Of a stretch of 64,000 nt of DNA, positions 1 through 8,695 are shown piece after piece. The DNA comes from Clostridia bacterium (GTDB taxonomy: Bacteria > Bacillota > Clostridia > Christensenellales > UBA1242). The position numbers and the translations under genes are program-made. The number at the start of each line of letters is the position of its first letter. Within the stretch, counting starts at the first letter, position 1. The stretch is taken from contig JAZSJW010000031.1 in assembly GCA_045534555.1 (NCBI GenBank), forward strand, positions 8,280 to 72,279, in the 5' to 3' direction. Below the pieces are notes generated by a model. That model was not told where the DNA came from and made no database searches. It was given only the letters and a program-made list of their open reading frames with translations.

Positions 1-1074
1 AATTATGATATTTGTGAGGGGGTTATTCGCTCAAATTATCGAATGACATATACTGAGGTTACAAAGATATTTGAGGGAGATAAAGAAACAAAACAAAAAT
101 ATCAAGATGTTGTTCCAATGCTAGAAGAAATGGCAGTTTTAGCTAAGCTTTTATTAAAGAGAAGAGATACAGCTGGGCAACTTGATTTTGACCTTCCTGA
201 GACACAAATTAATGTTGATAATGAGGGAAGAATTACTGAAATTTATAGAAAACCAAGAAATTTATCTGATAGATTAATTGAACAATTTATGGTGATAACA
301 AATGAAGTTGTGGCAAGGCATTGTTCTTTATTAAATCTTCCTTTTGTATATCGTGTGCATGAAGACCCAACACCAGAAAGAGTTAAAGCATTTAAAATGT
401 TTATTTCAAGTTTTGGTTTGATTTTAGGTGGTGCAGGTGGTGATGGTTATGAACCAAAAGATTTCCAAAAATTATTATTAGAAATAAAAAATACACCATT
501 TAGTCAGCCTATATCAAAGATAATGCTTAGAAGTATGCAAAAAGCAAGATATTATCCAGAAAATCTAGGTCACTTTGGCTTGGCATTAAAAGATTATTGT
601 CACTTTACTTCGCCAATAAGAAGATATCCAGACCTTACTATACATAGAATTATTAAATATATGCTTCACAATGAATTAACCCCCAATAAGTTAAAAGTTT
701 TGGAGAGTTTTGTAGTTGAAGCAAGTGAACAATCAAGTGTAACAGAAAGGAATGCTGATGAAGCTGAAAGAGCTGTTGATGACTTAAAGAAAGCTGAGTA
801 TATGAAAGATAAAATTGGTGAGGTGTACGAGGGTAATATTAGCTCGGTGACAGATAGTGGTATCTTTGTAGAACTTGATAATACAATAGAAGGATTTATC
901 TATAAAGAAAACTTGCCTGACGATAGATATATTTTTGACCAAGCAAGATATATGTTAGTTGGAAAGAGAAATAGATATATGCTTGGGGATAGACTAAGTG
1001 TAAGAGTTGCACAAGTAGATATGAATACTAGACATATTGATTTTGAAATTGCAACAATTTTGCCTGAAAAATAA
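1..1074 (+). CDS. rnr: Ribonuclease R, C-terminal part (5' truncated by window edge)
   Basis: Frame open from base 1. RNB motifs LIEQFM, HFGLA, YCHFTSPIRRYPDL; C-terminal S1 domain; directly upstream of smpB. Confidence 0.95.
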   Translation, partial: NYDICEGVIRSNYRMTYTEVTKIFEGDKETKQKYQDVVPMLEEMAVLAKLLLKRRDTAGQLDFDLPETQINVDNEGRITEIYRKPRNLSDRLIEQFMVITNEVVARHCSLLNLPFVYRVHEDPTPERVKAFKMFISSFGLILGGAGGDGYEPKDFQKLLLEIKNTPFSQPISKIMLRSMQKARYYPENLGHFGLALKDYCHFTSPIRRYPDLTIHRIIKYMLHNELTPNKLKVLESFVVEASEQSSVTERNADEAERAVDDLKKAEYMKDKIGEVYEGNISSVTDSGIFVELDNTIEGFIYKENLPDDRYIFDQARYMLVGKRNRYMLGDRLSVRVAQVDMNTRHIDFEIATILPEK

Positions 1075-1168
1075 GTCAAAAACAGCAAAAAAACGCAAAA
1101 AAGCCATAATTTTGCAGTTTTTAATGTAAAAAAATGGCTTTTTGCGATAAAAAAATTGTCAAAGCATC

Positions 1169-1197
1169 TTGAAAATAATAAAGGAGTATGATATAAT
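1169..1197 (+). promoter_or_regulatory. Sigma-A promoter of smpB
   Basis: TTGAAA (1169-1174), 17 bp, TATAAT (1192-1197) with extended TGn. Confidence 0.7.
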
Positions 1198-1209
1198 CAA
1201 ATAGCAAAT

Positions 1210-1656
1210 ATGAAAGAGATAGCAGTAAATAGGAAAGCGCACTTTGAATATTTTATAGAAGAAAAGTATGAATGTGGTATTGTTCTTATTGGTTCTGAAG
1301 TGAAATCTTTAAGGCAAGGACACTTATCTCTTGCAGATAGCTATGCTGTTGTGAGAGAGGGTGAAGTGTTTCTTTTAAATGCTCATATACCTTGTTACGA
1401 AAAGACTTCAGCTTATAAAGAGGACGAACGTAGAACAAGAAAACTTTTACTTCATAAAAAAGAAATCGATAAGCTGGAAAGAAAAGTAAAAGACAAAAGT
1501 TATACTTTAGTTCCTTTGAAAGCATATTTTAATGATGGGCTTGTAAAAATAGAAATCGCTCTTGCAAAAGGTAAAAAACTCTATGACAAGAAAGAAACTA
1601 TCAAAGCTAAAGAATTACAAAAAGAAACAGAAAGGGCTATAAAAAATATTAAGTAG
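1210..1656 (+). CDS. smpB: SsrA-binding protein
   Basis: NRKAHFEY, GIVLIGSEVKSLR, RTRKLLLHKKEI, KGKKLYDKK motifs; adjacent to tmRNA. Confidence 0.98.
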   Translation: MKEIAVNRKAHFEYFIEEKYECGIVLIGSEVKSLRQGHLSLADSYAVVREGEVFLLNAHIPCYEKTSAYKEDERRTRKLLLHKKEIDKLERKVKDKSYTLVPLKAYFNDGLVKIEIALAKGKKLYDKKETIKAKELQKETERAIKNIK

Positions 1657-1686
1657 AGCTTAAAACCTGTTGGTTCCTTATTATAT

Positions 1687-2044
1687 GGGGGCGTACAGGT
1701 TTCGACAGGTAATATTTGTTAGTGTCAGAAGCGTATTGGATTGTGCAATAGAATCCTAAAATCGATTGCAAAAAATAAACGCTAATAACAATTTAGCTTT
1801 AGCTGCTTAATTATCGCAGCTCGGGCAACGGTTTAGGCCTACTATAAATCGTGCTTGTTAGATTAAAGTGGGGTGCAATTAGTTTTTAGTCATATTGGAA
1901 CTAAATGCGAAAAAAAAGTATGGCTTGCTTGAGGGATTTGGTTAGCTTGAGACCTTTAGTGAAATTTTAACAGCTAACTTTAATACGGAGAAGGGCATTA
2001 GTGAAGTTATTTGGACGTGGGTTCGATTCCCACCGCCTCCACCA
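1687..2044 (+). ncRNA. ssrA: tmRNA; tag ORF 1781-1810 encodes ANNNLALAA*
   Basis: 5' GGGGGCGTACAGGTTTCGAC pairs with 3' GGTTCGATTCCCACCGCCTCCACCA; internal GCT AAT AAC AAT TTA GCT TTA GCT GCT TAA; follows smpB. Confidence 0.97.
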
Positions 2045-2096
2045 AAATTTAGTGTGGAGCTAAAAATTTGATATTACTTTAAAGGAGATTAGATTT

Positions 2097-2999
2097 ATGA
2101 CAGTATTTCAAATAATTGCAATTTGTTTATTAGGTTTAGGAGCATTAACAGCGATTGGTTTTACAGTTGCTTTTGTTGTTGAAACTTTAAGAAAAGAAAA
2201 GCCTCAAGAAATTCAACAAGCAAAATCTGAAGATGATGAAGTAAATGAAATTGATCTTGAAGCAATGCTTGCAAAGCTTGAAGAAGTTTCAAAGAAAGAA
2301 GAAAAAATTGAGCCTATAAAAGAAGAAAAAATTGAGCCAGAAGTTGTAGTTGTTGAGGAAGTTAAAGAAGAAGAGATAGTAGAAGAACCTCAAATTGAAG
2401 AAACTCAAGCTGAAATTCAAGAAGAGCCTCAAGTTGAAGAAGTTCAAGAAGAGATAGTAGAAGAACCTCAAGTTGAAGAGGTGAAAGAAGAACCAGCAAC
2501 TATTACAATCATTAACAATATCACTGCAGAAAAATCTGGTCCAGAGTTTGATTATAGAGTTCGTTTAGAAAAGATTAAAGAAAGCCAAGCAAAAATTGAT
2601 AGAGATTTAGATAAAACTACACGTGCTATCTTAAAATATGAAAGAACTATTAGAAGAAAAGAACGTAATCAAAAAATGCTTGATAGAAGAGCTTTAGAGC
2701 TTACAAACTTAAATCTTTTAATGTACTCTGTAACAGACATTAAAAATGTAGATGCAGAAAAGAAAACTCGTCAAGAAGAATTAACTGCACATATTGCAGA
2801 ATTAAAAGCAAGTATTCAAGATGCTGAAAACTATCTTGAAGCAAACAAAGAAAAACATGAGAATAACTTAAAATTAAGAGATTATCTATCTCATGAAAAA
2901 ACAAGATATGCTGATGAAGTTAAAGAACTTGAAACATTAATCGCTTCTGGAAGATATTTTGATGATAACAACGGGGACGATGGTAATAAAGCTGAATAG
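2097..2999 (+). CDS. Hypothetical membrane-anchored protein with acidic low-complexity linker and coiled coil
   Basis: AAGGAG RBS; N-terminal TM helix; EEIVEEPQ-type repeats; long helical C-terminus. Confidence 0.8.
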   Translation: MTVFQIIAICLLGLGALTAIGFTVAFVVETLRKEKPQEIQQAKSEDDEVNEIDLEAMLAKLEEVSKKEEKIEPIKEEKIEPEVVVVEEVKEEEIVEEPQIEETQAEIQEEPQVEEVQEEIVEEPQVEEVKEEPATITIINNITAEKSGPEFDYRVRLEKIKESQAKIDRDLDKTTRAILKYERTIRRKERNQKMLDRRALELTNLNLLMYSVTDIKNVDAEKKTRQEELTAHIAELKASIQDAENYLEANKEKHENNLKLRDYLSHEKTRYADEVKELETLIASGRYFDDNNGDDGNKAE

Positions 3000-3007
3000 C
3001 ATTTTAT

Positions 3008-3035
3008 AAAAGAGAGGAAATTTTCCTCTCTTTTT
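3008..3035 (+). terminator. Rho-independent terminator
   Basis: AAAGAGAGGAA-ATT-TTCCTCTCTTT hairpin followed by T-run. Confidence 0.8.
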
Positions 3036-3110
3036 CTAATTCTTTTAATAAATAATTGACTATTTTTTTTTAGTAGGGTATTATTTATTTGCGGACTTTG
3101 GGTTAAAATA

Positions 3111-4490
3111 GTGAAAAGAAAAGAGAAAAAAAATGAACAACTTATAATGAATGGAGTTCCACCTGAAAAAGTGGAACATTTTTCGCATGAGGAAAAAGTT
3201 GAAGAACCTAAAGAAACAATAAGTGAAGGTCAAATTTCTGTTTTTGAAGATATAACTGATAGTATGATTGACCCAGCCCTTGTAGAAGCAAAACTTCAAG
3301 AAGCAATTGAAGCAAATAAACCTAAAAAGAAGAGAAAAAGCTTAATAACAAATTTGATTTTCTTAGCAATTAATATTTGTGTTTTAGGTTTTATAATTAA
3401 TATGGCTATGGGGGAAACAAAAGGTGTTCCTATTAGTCAAATAATTGAAACACAAGGAAAACAACTTTGGTGGCTTGTTGGCGGTATCATTTTATTTTTA
3501 ATAATGTTTTTTGCTGATACAATGATTTTGTATTGTCTAATCAAAAAGTCAACAGGGAAGAAGAGATTTGGTCTTGCATATAAAACAAGTGCTATAGGAA
3601 AATATTTTGATGCTATAACTCCATTTTCTGTGGGTGGTCAACCAGCACAAATTATGGCTTTGTCTAAGGCGGGTGTAACACCGGGTGTTGCAACAAGTAT
3701 TCCTATTATTAAATTTATAATTTATAATATTGTCTATACATTAGTAATTCTTTCGTTTTTAATCTTTGGATTACCTTTTTTACCAATAGAATCAAATTTA
3801 GTTGAATTCTTTAAGATATTCTTAAAATTCTTTGCATATGTAGGTTTAATTTTTACTGCTTTGATGAGTGTTGTATTTATTCTTGTAGGAAGTGGTAAAA
3901 TCATTGGTCGTTCTGTAGTTCGTTGGATTGTAAGGCTTGGTTATAAACTTCATATTGTTAAAGATTATCGTAAAACTTACAACAAAGTAATGAACCAAGT
4001 TTTAGAATATCAATCATCAATTCAATACCTTAAGAAAAACAAAGGAACCTTGATAGCTTCTATATTCTTTGGATTGTTAGAGGTTTTAGCATATTTTGCA
4101 ATACCATTTACTGTGGTTATGGCATTTACCGCTAATCCAATAACTAGTTTCTCTGCGGGAATATCAATGCTTCTTATTAGTATAGTTAAATTTATGGTGT
4201 GTCAAATGGCATCTGTAATTATTCCGCTCCCTGGTGGCACAGGAATGATGGAAGTATCTTTCTCTATATTATTTGGAGGAAGTGCTATGCTTGGTAGTTA
4301 CTTTGCATTCGGGTTACTTGCTTGGAGATTTTTAACTTACTACTTTACAATAATTCAAGGCTTTATAGTTTCAACAACGGATAATATTGTAAGAATGGTT
4401 AAATCTAGAAAATCAGCACAAATTGATGATTTAAAAGAGGTTGAAACAGAAAAGCAGGACGTGGAAAAGTTAAACAATTCTGCAAATTAA
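3111..4490 (+). CDS. Lysylphosphatidylglycerol synthase TM/flippase-like (UPF0104/YbhN family) membrane protein
   Basis: GKYFDAITPFSVGGQP, IIPLPGGTGMME, LAWRFLTYY motifs; multiple TM helices. Confidence 0.85.
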   Translation: MKRKEKKNEQLIMNGVPPEKVEHFSHEEKVEEPKETISEGQISVFEDITDSMIDPALVEAKLQEAIEANKPKKKRKSLITNLIFLAINICVLGFIINMAMGETKGVPISQIIETQGKQLWWLVGGIILFLIMFFADTMILYCLIKKSTGKKRFGLAYKTSAIGKYFDAITPFSVGGQPAQIMALSKAGVTPGVATSIPIIKFIIYNIVYTLVILSFLIFGLPFLPIESNLVEFFKIFLKFFAYVGLIFTALMSVVFILVGSGKIIGRSVVRWIVRLGYKLHIVKDYRKTYNKVMNQVLEYQSSIQYLKKNKGTLIASIFFGLLEVLAYFAIPFTVVMAFTANPITSFSAGISMLLISIVKFMVCQMASVIIPLPGGTGMMEVSFSILFGGSAMLGSYFAFGLLAWRFLTYYFTIIQGFIVSTTDNIVRMVKSRKSAQIDDLKEVETEKQDVEKLNNSAN

Positions 4491-4559
4491 CTCAATATTC
4501 TTTATTTTATGAATAAATTAGCATGCAATTAATATAATGTTGCATGCTAATATTTTTTT

Positions 4560-5765
4560 ATGGAAAATAATATTGAATGTGAATGTGGCAAAGTTCATTT
4601 AATAGAAACAAAGAACATAACGGTTAGTAAAGATGCTTTTGAGCAATTATTATCTACTTTAAAAGACCTAAAGGATATAAACAATATTGCGGTATTTAAT
4701 TCAATTGAGGATTGTTTTTATGTTAAAAAGCTGTGTGAGTTTTTAAAAGATAAAAAGATAAATATAACTGTTGTGAATATGCCAAATTGTCTAGCCAGTA
4801 TTTCTGAAGTGCAAAATATAGAGAGTAACAATTATGATTATATTGTGGCTATTGGTTCTGAGCAGATAATTAGTGTCGCAAAATATTATTCTTATATGTA
4901 TGATATAAAGCTTGTGATTTTTCCTATTGGTAATTTTACAGACTGGACGTTTTCTAAATTTGCTAGGCTGTATGATGGGGTTACGTGTGATTTCTATTTA
5001 ACTAATGAGCCTTTGTATATTTATGTTTCTAGCCAAATAAATCAATATAATTCTCTTCAAACAAATTATATAGCATCAAAGTATATTGCTCTTTTTGATT
5101 GCGTTGTAAGGGAAAATGTATATAGGGTAAATATATGTCCAAGAGCTAAGGATTTTTTAAAACAAACACTTAATGGATATATTAGTGCAGGCACGGATAA
5201 AAATAAATCTAATTTAAAAAACATTTGGACACTTATTCGCTTGGGGCAAGGTATGAGCTTTTATTCAGAGACAAAATTGTTTTTTGGTGGAGATAAGGCA
5301 ATAGTAGATATTCTTCAGGCACAAATTAAAAGCTCAGATTTTCTTGAGATGGAAACAATCGCCTTAAAACTCATAATGAATTTATATTCTTGCTTTTACA
5401 AAAAATATCCAAGCAGATATGATGTAAATTTAAACAAGCATATTAAATTATTAAGCACTTTAATTAATGTGTCGCAAGTTATGGTGATAAAAAGACTAAC
5501 TGATAGTAATTTAATTTTAGGAAATGATAGTATATATTCAAGATTTAGCAATTACTTTCATTATATTAAGAAGGTTTTTGATAATTGTAAGTCTAAGATA
5601 TATAAAATACAGTCTACCGTAATTATAGATATAAATATAATAAAAAAGTTTAAGTTGTCGCATAAAAGAATAGAGCAAAGTTTTGCTTTGGCTTCTAGTT
5701 TTTGCTATACGCCTTGTTCTTTGCATTTGTTCTCGGCATTTGGATACTTAGATAAACTGTTATAG
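4560..5765 (+). CDS. Degenerate sn-glycerol-1-phosphate dehydrogenase (AraM/EgsA)-like protein
   Basis: N-terminal CECGKVH and IVAIGSE..ISVAKY resemble the family; catalytic motifs diverged. Confidence 0.6.
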   Translation: MENNIECECGKVHLIETKNITVSKDAFEQLLSTLKDLKDINNIAVFNSIEDCFYVKKLCEFLKDKKINITVVNMPNCLASISEVQNIESNNYDYIVAIGSEQIISVAKYYSYMYDIKLVIFPIGNFTDWTFSKFARLYDGVTCDFYLTNEPLYIYVSSQINQYNSLQTNYIASKYIALFDCVVRENVYRVNICPRAKDFLKQTLNGYISAGTDKNKSNLKNIWTLIRLGQGMSFYSETKLFFGGDKAIVDILQAQIKSSDFLEMETIALKLIMNLYSCFYKKYPSRYDVNLNKHIKLLSTLINVSQVMVIKRLTDSNLILGNDSIYSRFSNYFHYIKKVFDNCKSKIYKIQSTVIIDINIIKKFKLSHKRIEQSFALASSFCYTPCSLHLFSAFGYLDKLL

Positions 5766-5815
5766 TATAAAATTGATAAAGTTGGAAAACATCTTCGTAT
5801 AGAAGGTGTTTTTTT

Positions 5816-6229
5816 ATGAAAAGATTTCTATTAATAGTGGGAATGATGCTGTTTTTTATTTTTGCCTTGTTGATGACCAAATTTAAGTTAAGTGATTTTT
5901 ATAATATTAGTTCTGTGTCCACAAAAACAATAGATTTAGGATTTGTTAAGGAAGTATATTTTGGAACAAATTATAAACAATACAAAAGTGAGGATAAAGT
6001 TGTTGGGGAGAGTGTTCAAATAAAAGGAAACAATTTAAAACTTAATAAGCTTTGTGATGAGCTTGGTGTTGTAGTTCTAAAGAAATATTTTGTAAACGAT
6101 AAACTAATAATTGAAGGTGTTTCATCAATGTTTAAATATAGAAACGAAAATAGCCAAGCCAATATTCAAATTTGTTTAGAAAACGATATTATAACTGTTG
6201 GATTACCAATAATTTATGGAAGTTATTAA
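5816..6229 (+). CDS. YwmB-like (DUF1779) exported protein
   Basis: Signal/TM N-terminus; C-terminal ANIQI...ITVGLPIIYGSY resembles the YwmB end; upstream of a spoIIQ-like gene. Confidence 0.65.
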   Translation: MKRFLLIVGMMLFFIFALLMTKFKLSDFYNISSVSTKTIDLGFVKEVYFGTNYKQYKSEDKVVGESVQIKGNNLKLNKLCDELGVVVLKKYFVNDKLIIEGVSSMFKYRNENSQANIQICLENDIITVGLPIIYGSY

Positions 6230-6235
6230 AAAAAT

Positions 6236-6264
6236 GTATAAAAAACGAACAAGAGGTTAATATT
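6236..6264 (+). promoter_or_regulatory. Possible forespore sigma-F/G-type promoter
   Basis: GTATA, about 15 bp, GGTTAATATT upstream of the SpoIIQ-like gene. Confidence 0.35.
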
Positions 6265-6290
6265 TCAATCAATAACGGAGGGTTAGTTCT

Positions 6291-6920
6291 ATGAATAGCA
6301 ATAAATTATGGAGAAAAATCAAACACTTTATTAAGAGAAATTCTTATGCTATAGCAGTATCTGTTTGTGTGGTAATTGCGATTACGTTAATAAGCGTTAC
6401 AGCTATTACGTTTAACAAAGGGGCAGAAACTGGTATAGACCAAGAAGTAAATACAAAGCCAGAGGATACAGATATTCCAGAAATTCCTGTGGATTCTGAA
6501 GAGATTATTAGTTTTGTTTTGCCTATTGAAAATGGAACAATATCTAAAGAATATGCAGAAGACCATCTTTTAGAAGATAAAACAACAGGGTTTTGGCAAG
6601 CACATATGGCGATAGACTTTTCTGCAACAGAGGGAAGTAAAGTTTTGTCTGTTTATGATGGAACTGTTGAGAAAATAGAAAATTCTATGATGGACGGACT
6701 AGTTATTACTATTAAACATTCTGATACATTAAAAACTGTATATAAATGTTTAGGTGATGAGGCTTTAGTTTCTGAGGGGGATAAAGTTAAAGCTGGGCAA
6801 GAGATAGGAACCGTTTCAACTAATTTGACAGAAAAAGCCGATGGAATACATTTGCATTTTGAATTATATGAAAATGATAAAATAGTAGACCCAACTCCAT
6901 ATTTTGAAATGGGGAAATAA
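6291..6920 (+). CDS. M23 family peptidase, SpoIIQ-like
   Basis: N-terminal TM; HMAID (HxxxD) and HLHF (HxH) motifs; VDP end. Confidence 0.85.
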   Translation: MNSNKLWRKIKHFIKRNSYAIAVSVCVVIAITLISVTAITFNKGAETGIDQEVNTKPEDTDIPEIPVDSEEIISFVLPIENGTISKEYAEDHLLEDKTTGFWQAHMAIDFSATEGSKVLSVYDGTVEKIENSMMDGLVITIKHSDTLKTVYKCLGDEALVSEGDKVKAGQEIGTVSTNLTEKADGIHLHFELYENDKIVDPTPYFEMGK

Positions 6921-7021
6921 AATAAAAGCACTTTGTGTGCTTTTTTTGTTTTACAAGGATTTATATTTTGTTATATAATTACACTTAAGAAAAGTATGTC
7001 ATATAATATTATGGAGTGGTT

Positions 7022-8425
7022 ATGAGAAAAACAAAAATTGTGTGCACCTTAGGTCCTGCATCAAGCAGTAAAAACATTATAAAACAGATGGTTTTGGCTG
7101 GAATGAATGTGGCAAGGCTTAATATGAGCCATGGTAATCACGAAACACATCATAAATTGATAGAGCTTGTTAAAGAGGTTAGAAAAGAGCAAGGCGTTCC
7201 CGTTTCTATTATGGTAGATACTAAGGGTCCAGAAATAAGAGTCGGGCTATTTGAAAGAGGGGGAGTAGAGCTTGTAAAAGGTGGTCGCTTTATTTTGACA
7301 ACTAGGCAAGTTTTGGGTAATGAACACGGTGCTAGTGTAACCCTTAAGAATTTTAACAAGATTGTTTCTAGGCATGATAAAATATTATTAAATGACGGTT
7401 TAATTAAACTTGAAGTTGAAGATATTGCAGAAACTGAAGTTATGTGCAAGGTCCTTTCGGGTGGAAAACTAACAAACAATAAAAGTATTAATATACCGGG
7501 TGTAAAGCTTGATTTAGAGTATTTGTCGGAACATGATAAATCGGATATAGATTTTGCAATAAAAGAAGGGGCGGACATTTTTGCAATTTCTTTTGTTAGG
7601 TCAAAAGATGATGTTTTAGCTGTAAGAAAATATTTAGAAAAGAAAAATTATTCACAAGCACTTATATGCTCTAAAATTGAGAGCCAAGAGGGTGTGGATA
7701 ATATGAATGAAATTATTGAGGTTTCAGATGCTATAATGGTGGCACGTGGTGATCTTGGAGTAGAGGTGGAGTTTGAAAAAATTCCTTACATACAAAAGCA
7801 GCTTATAAGTAAGTGTATTAGGGCGGGTAAAAATGTAGTTACAGCAACAGAAATGCTAGAAAGTATGATACATAATGTGAGGCCAACTCGTGCAGAAATC
7901 TCAGATATTGCAAATGCTGTTTTAGATGGAACAAGTGCCTTAATGTTATCTGGTGAAACCTCTGCTGGAGAGTATCCTGTTTTAAGTGTTGAAACTATGG
8001 CAAAAATTGCAGAGGAATGTGAAAGAACAAATAATTACGAACAAGCAATTGATTTTGAACACTCAACAAATATAGGTGCGAGTGTAGGGTATGCGGCTTG
8101 TGAACTTGCAAGAAGCTTAAGTGCAAAAGCTATTATTGTTGCAACAAATTCAGGTTTTTCAGCTAATAGTGTAAGCAGGTTTAAACCAAAATCTTTAATT
8201 ATTGCAACAACCCCAAATGAAATGGTGTACAATCAAATGTCGCTTTGTTGGGGAGTGTCTCCGGTGATGGATAAGGTTTATTCAACGTCAGATGAACTTT
8301 TAGAAAATTCCAAAATAAAGGCATTAAATACAAAACTTGTTAAAAAGGGCGATTTAATTGTTCAGACAGGTGCTGTTAATGTAGGAAAAGAGGGTTCAAA
8401 TCTTTTAACTGTTTCAATTTTATAA
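7022..8425 (+). CDS. pyk: Pyruvate kinase
   Basis: RKTKIVCTLGPAS, ARLNMSHG, DTKGPEIR, MVARGDLGVE, PTRAE, MLSGET; start at ATG 7022 after GGAG. Confidence 0.98.
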   Translation: MRKTKIVCTLGPASSSKNIIKQMVLAGMNVARLNMSHGNHETHHKLIELVKEVRKEQGVPVSIMVDTKGPEIRVGLFERGGVELVKGGRFILTTRQVLGNEHGASVTLKNFNKIVSRHDKILLNDGLIKLEVEDIAETEVMCKVLSGGKLTNNKSINIPGVKLDLEYLSEHDKSDIDFAIKEGADIFAISFVRSKDDVLAVRKYLEKKNYSQALICSKIESQEGVDNMNEIIEVSDAIMVARGDLGVEVEFEKIPYIQKQLISKCIRAGKNVVTATEMLESMIHNVRPTRAEISDIANAVLDGTSALMLSGETSAGEYPVLSVETMAKIAEECERTNNYEQAIDFEHSTNIGASVGYAACELARSLSAKAIIVATNSGFSANSVSRFKPKSLIIATTPNEMVYNQMSLCWGVSPVMDKVYSTSDELLENSKIKALNTKLVKKGDLIVQTGAVNVGKEGSNLLTVSIL

Positions 8426-8528
8426 AATAAAAACACAACATTCACCTGTTGTGTTTTTTTTGTTGGTCAAAATTTATACTTAAACAATATATTTTATAAA
8501 AAAATATTAAAAAACACCCATAATTTAT

Positions 8529-8561
8529 TTGACATAGGGGGGGGGGGGTATTGTGTATAAT
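8529..8561 (+). promoter_or_regulatory. Sigma-A promoter with G12 tract in the spacer (putative phase-variable promoter, copy 1)
   Basis: TTGACA 8529-8534, TA, G12 8537-8548, TATTGTG, TATAAT 8556-8561; spacer 21 bp. Confidence 0.85.
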
Positions 8562-8695
8562 AAAATTAAGCTAGTGTGTATCTTTAAAGAACATACTTTT
8601 TCTGTTATTATATGGTACTATAAATATATCAATGTTTATCCAGTTATATTTTTGTGAATTAATTTATCTTCTAAGCATCAAAATAAGGATTATAA

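Noticed and set aside
2020..2100. Island integrated at the tmRNA 3' end
   Set aside because: No integrase follows, and I saw no duplicate of the ssrA 3' end
8537..8548. Poly-G runs as sequencing artefacts
   Set aside because: They occur twice in the same position of homologous promoters with clean flanks. The exact lengths may still be miscalled.
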